Part shown: piece by piece, positions 21,814 to 29,784 of the stretch | Numbering within the stretch: the first letter of the stretch is position 1 | How the letters are laid out: every line of letters begins with the position of its first letter | Origin: an uncultured delta proteobacterium | Lineage (GTDB): Bacteria > Desulfobacterota > Zymogenia > Zymogenales > Zymogenaceae | Direction of reading: 5' to 3' | Assembly: GCA_963735595.1 (NCBI GenBank) | Contig: CAVTLK010000004.1 | Span: 224,001 to 288,000, forward strand | DNA length: 64,000 nt | Made by a program: the position numbers and the translations under genes | The notes under the pieces: generated by a model | The model's input: the letters and a program-made list of their open reading frames with translations, nothing else | What the model was told of the DNA's origin: nothing | Databases searched by the model: none

Positions 21814-22785
21814 CTATCTACCGGATCTTAACGGAAGATCCAGCATATTCCGGGCCTGGGAGACTGTAGCCACCTCCCGGTTCATTTCTTTTGCTATCCG
21901 GATGATCCGCTCCACAAGCTGTGCGTTCCTCTTGAGCTTTTCGCCCTTTCGGTAGTAGAGGTTGTCTTCCATGCCCACGCGGACGTGTCCGCCCAGCATT
22001 ATGGAAAAGACGTTCATCGGTATCTGGAAAGGCCCTACGCCGATGAGCGAGAACATCGAGCTGGGCGGCAGTTCGTTGATAAGCCCGAGGACGTTGGCCG
22101 GCGTCGGGAACGACGAGGTCTGGAATCCCATGACGTACTGGATCATATAGGGGGCGTCGATGTTCCTTTCGCGGATGAGGTCCTGGAGCACCCAGTACTG
22201 GCCGGGGTGGTAGAGCTCCACCTCCGGCTTGATCCCCTTTTCCTTCATCGTCCTGGCGTAGAGGTTGATGTCGGCATAGGAGCAGGGGATGCAGGCGTCG
22301 AACAGGAAGCCGGCCCGTGGGTGTTTCAGCGGCTCCCTACGGTCCTTGATCTGGGCCTTACCGACGAAGGGCCCGAGGTTGAGACTGGCCATGTCCGGTT
22401 TCGGATCGGCGTAGAGGCAGCACATGCGCTCCTCGGTCGAGAGCCAGGGGCCGCCGCCGGTGGTGTTGTTGATGATGACATCGGGACAGCGTTCGCGGAT
22501 GAGCCTGTTTATACGCGAATAGTCCTCGGGATTTTTTGTAGTCATAGCCAGGTTGTTCGGGTCGCGGGCGTGCAAGTGCACGGAGACGGCGCCGGCCTTA
22601 TAGGCCTCGTAGACCTGGTCGGCCTGTTCCTCGGCGGTCTCGGGGAGATTCTCGTTGGATTCTTTGCCCTGTATGCCGCCGGTAACGGCGCAGGTTATTA
22701 TCATCGGCGGGAACGCGCTGCGCATCACCCGATCCATCCAGAGGTAGGGATTGCGATACTCCCACATATACTCTTCCGGTTTCAT
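21814..22785 (-). CDS. Beta-keto acid cleavage enzyme (BKACE/Kce, DUF849)
   Basis: ITCAVTGG, VHLHAR, TTGG, PDMASLN, KPEVE, HVRVGMED. Confidence 0.9.
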   Translation of the reverse strand: MKPEEYMWEYRNPYLWMDRVMRSAFPPMIITCAVTGGIQGKESNENLPETAEEQADQVYEAYKAGAVSVHLHARDPNNLAMTTKNPEDYSRINRLIRERCPDVIINNTTGGGPWLSTEERMCCLYADPKPDMASLNLGPFVGKAQIKDRREPLKHPRAGFLFDACIPCSYADINLYARTMKEKGIKPEVELYHPGQYWVLQDLIRERNIDAPYMIQYVMGFQTSSFPTPANVLGLINELPPSSMFSLIGVGPFQIPMNVFSIMLGGHVRVGMEDNLYYRKGEKLKRNAQLVERIIRIAKEMNREVATVSQARNMLDLPLRSGR

Positions 22786-22926
22786 ATGAACCTCCATGGA
22801 ATAATAAAAAGCCACTATACCGGGATATGAACGGTCGATAACCGTCCAGGTCCGACGCGGGAGCTCTCGCTCCCGCCAGTGTCCTGTTGACTCATTAGTG
22901 TACGGGCGTGCGCGGGTCGATCCGAC

Positions 22927-22949
22927 GGGGCGGCGCGGGCGCCGCCCCG
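22927..22949. repeat. 23-bp GC hairpin, copy 2
   Basis: Identical to 21763-21785; lies just downstream of the membrane-protein gene. Confidence 0.8.
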
Positions 22950-22976
22950 AATCCCGCTGGTTCTCTTAGCGGCGGC

Positions 22977-23375
22977 CTATCGATGTTTTACGTAGAAGTA
23001 GACCCACGCAACGAAGAACGCCGGGAAAAACACGAAACAACCCCAGATCTCGCTCGGCGCCCAAGCGAGCAAAAGTACGTACAGGCAGGCAATCGTCGCA
23101 AAGAGCGTCAACGCGATCTCCATCAGGACGGGGATTCTCACCTCGTCCCACCGTTTTGCGACAAAGCAAAACCAGTCCTTTACCGCGATCGCCAGAATGA
23201 TGGCCCCAGTGAGCCGCATGGTGCACGGGTTGACGGAGCCGAAATGCCTGAACAGGTCGGCGAAACAGAGCGGAGTGAAACAGAAAAGAAGACCGAACAG
23301 GAGCGAAACAATACCGTGAATCAGGAACAGGTACTTAAGACCCGGTGAAATTGTCGATTCTTTCGTCAGTGCCAT
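22977..23375 (-). CDS. Four-TM hypothetical membrane protein, paralog of 25195-25602
   Basis: Shared GLK.LF.IHGI, KDW.C..AK.W.EVRI and AFFVAW.YFYVK. Confidence 0.8.
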   Translation of the reverse strand: MALTKESTISPGLKYLFLIHGIVSLLFGLLFCFTPLCFADLFRHFGSVNPCTMRLTGAIILAIAVKDWFCFVAKRWDEVRIPVLMEIALTLFATIACLYVLLLAWAPSEIWGCFVFFPAFFVAWVYFYVKHR

Positions 23376-23408
23376 GATACCCTCCTTAGTTTATAAACAA
23401 GGAACAGA

Positions 23409-25103
23409 TCATTTCTTTTCCTTCTTCGTCTTTTCCATCTCCATCGCCCTGAGTTCTTTTCTGAGAACCTTCCCCACCGCGCTCATCGGGAGCGAATCCA
23501 CGAACTCGATCATCTTCGGTACCTTGTATGTGGCCAGCTTCGTCTTGCAGTAGTCGATAATCTCCTGGCCTTCGGCCTTCTGGCCTTCCTTGAGAACGAT
23601 AAAGGCCTTGACGGTCTCACCCCGGTACTCGTCGGGCACGCCGACGGTGCATGCCATCGCTACCTTCGGATGCTCGAAGAGGATTTCGTCTACTTCCCGG
23701 GGATAGATATTGTACCCTCCGGCGATAATCATGTCTTTCTTACGGTCGACGATGTAGAAGTAGCCCTCTTCGTCCATCGTGCCTATATCGCCGGTATAGA
23801 GCCATCCGTCCCGGATGGCGTGCGCGGTCTCCTCGGGTTTCTTATAGTAACCTGACGTTACCTGGGGTCCCTTGATGATGACTTCGCCGGGCTGGCCGGG
23901 CTCCTTCTCTTTTTGCCCGGTTTCGAGGTCAACAATCTTCATGTCGGTATCCGGGACCGGCAATCCGATGCTCCCCACCTTGGTCTTGCCTCCGTAGGGA
24001 TTGAGCGTCGCGATTGGTGTCGTCTCCGAAAGCCCGTAGCCTTCACACATCTTTGCCCCGGATATGCTTTCAAAATCCCGAATGACCCCGACCGGCAACG
24101 GCGCCGCCCCGGAGAAACACCTCTTGAGGGAGCTTACATCGTATTTCTTGAAATCCGGGTGTTGAAGCATCCCAACGTACATCGTCGGAACCGCATGAAG
24201 AAAGGTCGGCTTATAGGTGTCGATCGCCTCCAGGAGAGCCTGTGGCTCGGGCCGGGGAACCAGAACGATGCTGCACCCCATCCACATCGAAACGTTCATC
24301 ACGCAGGTCATTCCAAAGGTATGGAAGAATGGGATCGCCCCGACAAGGGACTCCTCCCCGGGGGATAAATCCGGAAACCACGCCATGCCCTGTTGGATGT
24401 TCTTGCTTAGGTTCGAGTGTGTCATAACGACACCCTTGGAGACCCCGGTGGTTCCACCCGTGTACTGAAGCGTGCCGATGTCCTCGAATCGTACTGCAAT
24501 CTTTGGGGGGTTCGGCTTATAGTTTTTGATCAGATCCAGAAACTCGTACACGTCGGGCGCCGGCTCGATCTTCCGGTACATCCCCTTCTTCACGTGGGGG
24601 AAGAGTTGCTTTTTCGGAAACGGAAGGTAGTCGTTGATATGACAGACGATGATCTTCTTTACGTTTGTCTTTGGTTTGAGCGCAATCATTCTCGGTGCGA
24701 GGAGATCTAACGTCACCAGGTACTCGGATTCGGAGTCGTTGAGCTGATACTCTAATTCCCGATCCGTGTAGAGGGGATTATTCGGAACGATGACTCCCCC
24801 TGCAACAAGACCACCGTAATAGGCAATCACCATTTGGGGGATATTAGGCAGCAGCGTTGCCACCCTGCTCCCCCTTTTTACCCCAAGGGCGGCCAGCGCT
24901 GTAGCAAAGCGGTCGACAAGTTCTCCCAGTTCCCTGTATTTTATTATCTTGCCCATGAATATGAGGGCGGGATTAACGGGGTATTTATCGACACTGCGAC
25001 GGAAGGCCTCGTGAATGGGGGTGTCTTCGTATGTAAGGGAACGCGCGACGCCTTTTGCATAGGCATTAAACCAGGGCCTGTCGTTTTTATTCGCATTTTT
25101 CAT
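23409..25103 (-). CDS. fadD: Long-chain-fatty-acid--CoA ligase
   Basis: YTGGTTGVSKG, YGLSE, TGDIG, PMSAVGK; close paralog of 376-2095. Confidence 0.92.
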   Translation of the reverse strand: MKNANKNDRPWFNAYAKGVARSLTYEDTPIHEAFRRSVDKYPVNPALIFMGKIIKYRELGELVDRFATALAALGVKRGSRVATLLPNIPQMVIAYYGGLVAGGVIVPNNPLYTDRELEYQLNDSESEYLVTLDLLAPRMIALKPKTNVKKIIVCHINDYLPFPKKQLFPHVKKGMYRKIEPAPDVYEFLDLIKNYKPNPPKIAVRFEDIGTLQYTGGTTGVSKGVVMTHSNLSKNIQQGMAWFPDLSPGEESLVGAIPFFHTFGMTCVMNVSMWMGCSIVLVPRPEPQALLEAIDTYKPTFLHAVPTMYVGMLQHPDFKKYDVSSLKRCFSGAAPLPVGVIRDFESISGAKMCEGYGLSETTPIATLNPYGGKTKVGSIGLPVPDTDMKIVDLETGQKEKEPGQPGEVIIKGPQVTSGYYKKPEETAHAIRDGWLYTGDIGTMDEEGYFYIVDRKKDMIIAGGYNIYPREVDEILFEHPKVAMACTVGVPDEYRGETVKAFIVLKEGQKAEGQEIIDYCKTKLATYKVPKMIEFVDSLPMSAVGKVLRKELRAMEMEKTKKEKK

Positions 25104-25194
25104 AACGGTCTCCGTAAGAAGAGTACGAATATTGGACTACCCCCGATAGCAGCGCGCCTCGCGGCTTACTATCGGGGGCTCGGTCGGTTCCGGG

Positions 25195-25602
25195 CTATCT
25201 CCTGTACTTAACGTAGAAATAGGCCCACGCGACGAAGAAGGCCCCAAAGATAACGGTATTCAACCAGATGAGGCTTGCGGGAGCGGTGATTGCGCCAAAG
25301 AGGACCAGGTAGAGGCCGAGCAGCGTAGCCAGCAGGGTCCACACAACCTCCATCATGACGATAATCCGTACCTCCGACCAGCTCTTTGCGCGAAGGCATA
25401 CCCAATCTTTAAATGACAGCGCCAAATTGATGGCCCCGAAATACCTGAGTATCACATGATCGGTGGGACCGTAGTTGGACAGCTCCGCCCATTTCAACGG
25501 TACGAGATAGTAAGCAAGGCCGACACAAAGGGCTGAAATCCCGTGGATGATAAACAGTGCCTTCAGCCCCTTGGATATCCCGGAGAGTTTTTCTTTTGCC
25601 AT
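25195..25602 (-). CDS. Four-TM hypothetical membrane protein
   Basis: Paralog of 22977-23375; AGGAGG RBS. Confidence 0.8.
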   Translation of the reverse strand: MAKEKLSGISKGLKALFIIHGISALCVGLAYYLVPLKWAELSNYGPTDHVILRYFGAINLALSFKDWVCLRAKSWSEVRIIVMMEVVWTLLATLLGLYLVLFGAITAPASLIWLNTVIFGAFFVAWAYFYVKYRR

Positions 25603-25737
25603 GATTTCCTCCTTTGTTTTATATAAATAAAAGACAACGCGTTGAGTTTCGCAGATACATCTTTGATCCTAATAATCCCCCTGCTGCAGTAAGGCAGGGC
25701 TCTGCCCTATCAACCATCTCGCCTCCTCCTCGCGGGG

Positions 25738-26139
25738 CTACGACAGGAAAAAGGCACAGACAATAAGCACAATTGATACGACGGTCCCCAGCCATGGCGA
25801 GCCGTAACTCCTAAGCGGAAACGTAACATAGAGCGCAGTTGCTTGGCTGATAACCGTCAGGGATAGAAGCGTCCAGCGGACCAGATCATCGCCCCCGGCG
25901 AACCTTCCGGCAAGGAGCAATATGGTGACGCCGAGCGCCAAGACGCAGCCTCCAAAGCACCTCCTCAATCTCATGATGATATCCGCCGTCCGGGGTTCAA
26001 TCTCCTCCCGGGTACGTCCGATGTACTTAAGGTGATAGGCGAAAAAAGTCTGGCGGAACATGTAGACGAGGCCACCTGCGATCCCCATAGCCGACAGGAT
26101 GTAAAGGAGAACCTTGGCAATAAGCTCTCTTGTTTCCAT
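25738..26139 (-). CDS. Hypothetical membrane protein
   Basis: 133 aa, about 4 hydrophobic helices, GAGG RBS. Confidence 0.7.
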   Translation of the reverse strand: METRELIAKVLLYILSAMGIAGGLVYMFRQTFFAYHLKYIGRTREEIEPRTADIIMRLRRCFGGCVLALGVTILLLAGRFAGGDDLVRWTLLSLTVISQATALYVTFPLRSYGSPWLGTVVSIVLIVCAFFLS

Positions 26140-26402
26140 TATTTTACCTCTTCAAAATAATGTCCAGTTGATCTGCCTCATTGTAGAAAGCTGCCCAAAT
26201 CGGCACCCCCAACTTGCTCACCTTTCCCGCGGCCGGTAACAGGAGCTGATTTGAAGCGGCTTCAGTTCATTCCTTTTTTGCGGGGGAAACAGCTCCTTTT
26301 CATCAATTAGACATCAGCTTCCAAATTCGGGGGACAATTTGTTTGATCATCGCGTGGGCCAGCCTTTTCGGTGCAAGGCAGTGAACCGGTCCGCCCCGAC
26401 CC

Positions 26403-27716
26403 CTACATCGTCGTCAAGAACCCCTGCCCCTGTTTCTCAACTCCCTTTTCCATCAGCCTGAGGAACGAAGATCGAAACGTATCGCTCAGGATAAGCCTCT
26501 TGGTCGGTGGGAGGTTGAGGAAGGCGCCGAAGAATATCTGCAGGAACCGGTGGGTTTTGCTGTTGGGGTTGTCGAAAAGCTGATACTGGAGCGTCCCCCG
26601 CTCGAGAGATTGGAGGATCACCCGCTCAAACGTGGTCTCGGGATGCAGTACCCTCTTGTCGCTCTTGACCAGCCGTATGGACTCGGTCTTGCACTTCAGC
26701 GCGCAGACGCCGCACCCGAGACACGTCGCTTCGTCTACCTGCGGGCGTTTCTTCTTTTTCGGGCCGGGGTTCTCGAGGGCTACCATCTCGATGGCGTTGA
26801 CCGGGCAGGCCTTCACACACGATCCGCACCCCTGGCACGTCTCATCAGAGAAGGCCGGGGCAAGGGAGGACGAGACCACGAAATGCGAGTAGTCGAATCT
26901 CCTCATGCCTTCCAGGGCGTTGCAGCAGCAGCTGCAGCAATTGCAGATGAACGTCGGATTTCCCTTGTTATTGTCGGCAAGGAGGACGAGGCCGAAGTCC
27001 CGCGATTGCGCCAGGTTATCCAGCATCTCGGTCCGATCGGCCTCACGCGCCAGGTTATTTCTGACCATATAATCTGCGGCCATGCCGAATGAGGTGCAGC
27101 TGTCGAGCGGGACATCGCACTTTTTCTCCCCCAGGTGGAGTTTTTCGTGGCGGCAGGAGCAGTAGCCGATGGAGAATTTATCGTTCTGTTCTATGATGGA
27201 TGTAGCCTTCTCGTAGTCGAGGACCTCGACGAAATGAGACGGCTCGATTACCTCTTCATGCGGAATCGCCCTCATCCGCGCAAGCTGCTGCCCCTTGCCG
27301 TAGTTCATCGGGAGGGGTCCCTCCTCGCTGAGGAGGTACCGTGAGAAGAGCCGAGAGATCTCCTTAAACTCTACCCCCTTACCCCTCCTCATCATGGCAA
27401 GTTCGAAAATCCCGATGATCAAAGGGGAAATCGTGTAGTAATATGTGTCCTGAATAGAAAGGTCCATAACGAGTCCCTTGGAGCAAAGAGCCTTGAGACG
27501 CTTTTCTATGGCCGATACGTTGTATCCTGTCACTTCGGCGATTCTTTCAATAGTCTGCAAGCCGTACGGCATCCTGACGATGAGCTCGGCCTCCTCGGAT
27601 GTATAGAGCTCCTTCAGAATGGAATAGAAGTCCTCGTTCATCGGCACCCGCATCTCAAGCCGATCGATCTTCGTGCCGAGCCTCGTGAAGATATCTTTTC
27701 CGACCATGTGTCCCAT
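26403..27716 (-). CDS. 4Fe-4S dicluster-domain protein with extra Cys clusters
   Basis: CSCRH, CNCCSCCC, CQGCGSCVKACP, CLGCGVCALKC. Confidence 0.85.
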   Translation of the reverse strand: MGHMVGKDIFTRLGTKIDRLEMRVPMNEDFYSILKELYTSEEAELIVRMPYGLQTIERIAEVTGYNVSAIEKRLKALCSKGLVMDLSIQDTYYYTISPLIIGIFELAMMRRGKGVEFKEISRLFSRYLLSEEGPLPMNYGKGQQLARMRAIPHEEVIEPSHFVEVLDYEKATSIIEQNDKFSIGYCSCRHEKLHLGEKKCDVPLDSCTSFGMAADYMVRNNLAREADRTEMLDNLAQSRDFGLVLLADNNKGNPTFICNCCSCCCNALEGMRRFDYSHFVVSSSLAPAFSDETCQGCGSCVKACPVNAIEMVALENPGPKKKKRPQVDEATCLGCGVCALKCKTESIRLVKSDKRVLHPETTFERVILQSLERGTLQYQLFDNPNSKTHRFLQIFFGAFLNLPPTKRLILSDTFRSSFLRLMEKGVEKQGQGFLTTM

Positions 27717-27751
27717 GATAAAACCTCCCACAATGGTTTATCTTTTGTTCT

Positions 27752-28453
27752 TCATTTCTTTGACGCCCTCCCGACGTCCATCTTCTCCAGGTCCCCCATA
27801 AGCGCCCCCAACTCGAACCAGGCGCGGGACGACTCGATCTTCATCCCCATCGTACTTGTCTCGATGAGTTCGAGGATTACCCCCCCGGTCCGCGTCGTAT
27901 CGAGGTAGGCGTATTTCGTCGTCGACCCCCCGAGATCCCCGCCGCTCCTGAGCAGGCCCGATTGCAGCACCCCGATACCGCATTGCCGGCACGAGGCGAG
28001 ACGCCGGTCGAAGTCATTCACGTAAAAACCGAGGTGGTGAAGCCCCTCCCCATGCCTTTCGAGGTGATCGGAATAGATACTCCGATCGCCGCCTTTGTGC
28101 TCGATAATCTCGTACTGCACGTTGCCGGCGAATGCCATCGCGATGTCAAGATTGAAGCGTATCCGTTTCTCTCCATGAAGGTAGTGTTCTTCGCCGGTGA
28201 ATTTCGATCGAAACCACGGCCCGATCCTGAACGCGCTCGAATAGAACTCTACGGCCTTCGGCAGGCTCTCGACTACGATCCCGATTTGCCCTACCTGGGG
28301 CACCGCGAGGATTTTCCACAGGTCGGTGTCATTCCGTATGGTCTTGTGCGGGTCTTTACGAACGGACCTCGCCTGCTTGCGTTTTCCCGCAGGAGACTTA
28401 TCTCCAAACAGATCTCTTATATAAATAGCCTCCTCAGGCTTAGGTATCAGCAT
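27752..28453 (-). CDS. VOC-family protein (methylmalonyl-CoA epimerase/glyoxalase-like)
   Basis: QIGIVV, YEIIE, GEGLHHLGF, YAYLDT, ILELIE. Confidence 0.85.
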   Translation of the reverse strand: MLIPKPEEAIYIRDLFGDKSPAGKRKQARSVRKDPHKTIRNDTDLWKILAVPQVGQIGIVVESLPKAVEFYSSAFRIGPWFRSKFTGEEHYLHGEKRIRFNLDIAMAFAGNVQYEIIEHKGGDRSIYSDHLERHGEGLHHLGFYVNDFDRRLASCRQCGIGVLQSGLLRSGGDLGGSTTKYAYLDTTRTGGVILELIETSTMGMKIESSRAWFELGALMGDLEKMDVGRASKK

Positions 28454-28795
28454 TTTGTTATCCTCCGTGATATACGATTAGCTTAGGAACATAACCTCAT
28501 TTGTAAATATGTCGTATAATGAAAGGGAGACAAGGCACACGACCTCGATGAGTCGGACGGCAAAGGGGTTCTGCCGGGCCTGGCGGTTTCAGGGCATGCC
28601 GGCGGCGGGTGTGCGTATGATATTTATTGCGTGAAGTTTTGTGTGGAGTCGTGGATGAGTCTTGGCGATACGGTGTTTGGTCGCCTAATGCTAAGAAGGC
28701 GTGCTAAATAGTTATTTCTATGGATAGATTGGGTATCGATAGTTCGGCGCTTGTCGTTTTCCTCATAAACCTCCATATAGTAGAAATTGTAATAT

Positions 28796-28819
28796 TGTAA
28801 AGATAGTCTAGTCTTTACA
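28796..28819. promoter_or_regulatory. Candidate operator palindrome TGTAAAGA-N8-TCTTTACA
   Basis: Perfect 8-bp arms in the AT-rich divergent intergenic region. Confidence 0.45.
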
Positions 28820-29073
28820 GGAAATCAAGAGAAATATGCGTACATATATTGTATACATAACACCAAAAAATGCGACTTTTCGAGAGTACCACAGGGCGTC
28901 ATCGGATCTACCACGGAACGGCAACAGAGACGCAATGCAGAACAGGCAGGCCTATCCGGCGGCCATACTGCAACATTTTCCCGGAACCGCTGCATGCCCG
29001 AGAGCCTTTTTATTGACTCCGGCGGCCTTACCTGCTATTGTCTTATGCACCACACTACCAACGGGGACTAGCC

Positions 29074-29781
29074 GTGAAACGCACGCGATTTCTCTCGATC
29101 GTGACCGCGGTATCGATCGCCGGGGCCGTCGTCCTGTCTCATTCCGCGACGGCCGCCGATCTCGTGGCTACTGCAAACAAAAGCCTCGCGGCGGCGGCCG
29201 AGTCGTTGATCGCCTCAAAGGGCGAGCCCCGCACCTTCAGGTACGGTGCAATCGTGGACGACGCGAACAACCGGGGCGCATTCCGGGTTCCGGCCGTGAT
29301 TGCCGACCTGACGGGCCTGGATTTCGTATCACTTGCCGTTATTCAGCATCACGGAGGAGACGTGGGCCTGTACGCCGCCGTCAGCGGGCTTTCGGACTCT
29401 CTGCCGAACAAGGGGGAGGCCCTGGAGGTGTTGGCCCGGCGTCAGCTCATCTATTTCGAACGGCCCTATTACGAGAGCTACTTCCGCGATCTGTCCCGGG
29501 ACGACCCGAAGGCCTACGCGGACTCCGCGGCCGCCGAGATATGGGAGGCCTTCAAGGCGGAGTACGGCGATCTTTCGTCCACCGACCCGAAGGTCCTTGC
29601 GGATAAGTACCCGGAATGCGCCGACATTGCCGAGATCATCGGCGTCGATATCGTTCCGATAGCCGGCATCAGGGCCGTGGGGGGAATCTCCGGGATCAAC
29701 GAGTTTCTTATCCTTATGCCCGATACCCTGCCCGGTAAAGACGAGGCGCTCCGGGAGCTTTCCAAGGCAAAGAAAAAGTAG
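29074..29781 (+). CDS. Exported hypothetical protein
   Basis: GTG start; signal peptide MKRTRFLS...SATA; ends 3 bp before purL. Confidence 0.7.
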   Translation: MKRTRFLSIVTAVSIAGAVVLSHSATAADLVATANKSLAAAAESLIASKGEPRTFRYGAIVDDANNRGAFRVPAVIADLTGLDFVSLAVIQHHGGDVGLYAAVSGLSDSLPNKGEALEVLARRQLIYFERPYYESYFRDLSRDDPKAYADSAAAEIWEAFKAEYGDLSSTDPKVLADKYPECADIAEIIGVDIVPIAGIRAVGGISGINEFLILMPDTLPGKDEALRELSKAKKK

Positions 29782-29784
29782 ACT

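Noticed and set aside
28704..28766. 20-aa minus-strand ORF MRKTTSAELSIPNLSIEITI as a leader peptide
   Set aside because: The RBS spacing is very short, and there is no attenuator structure or telling codon run.
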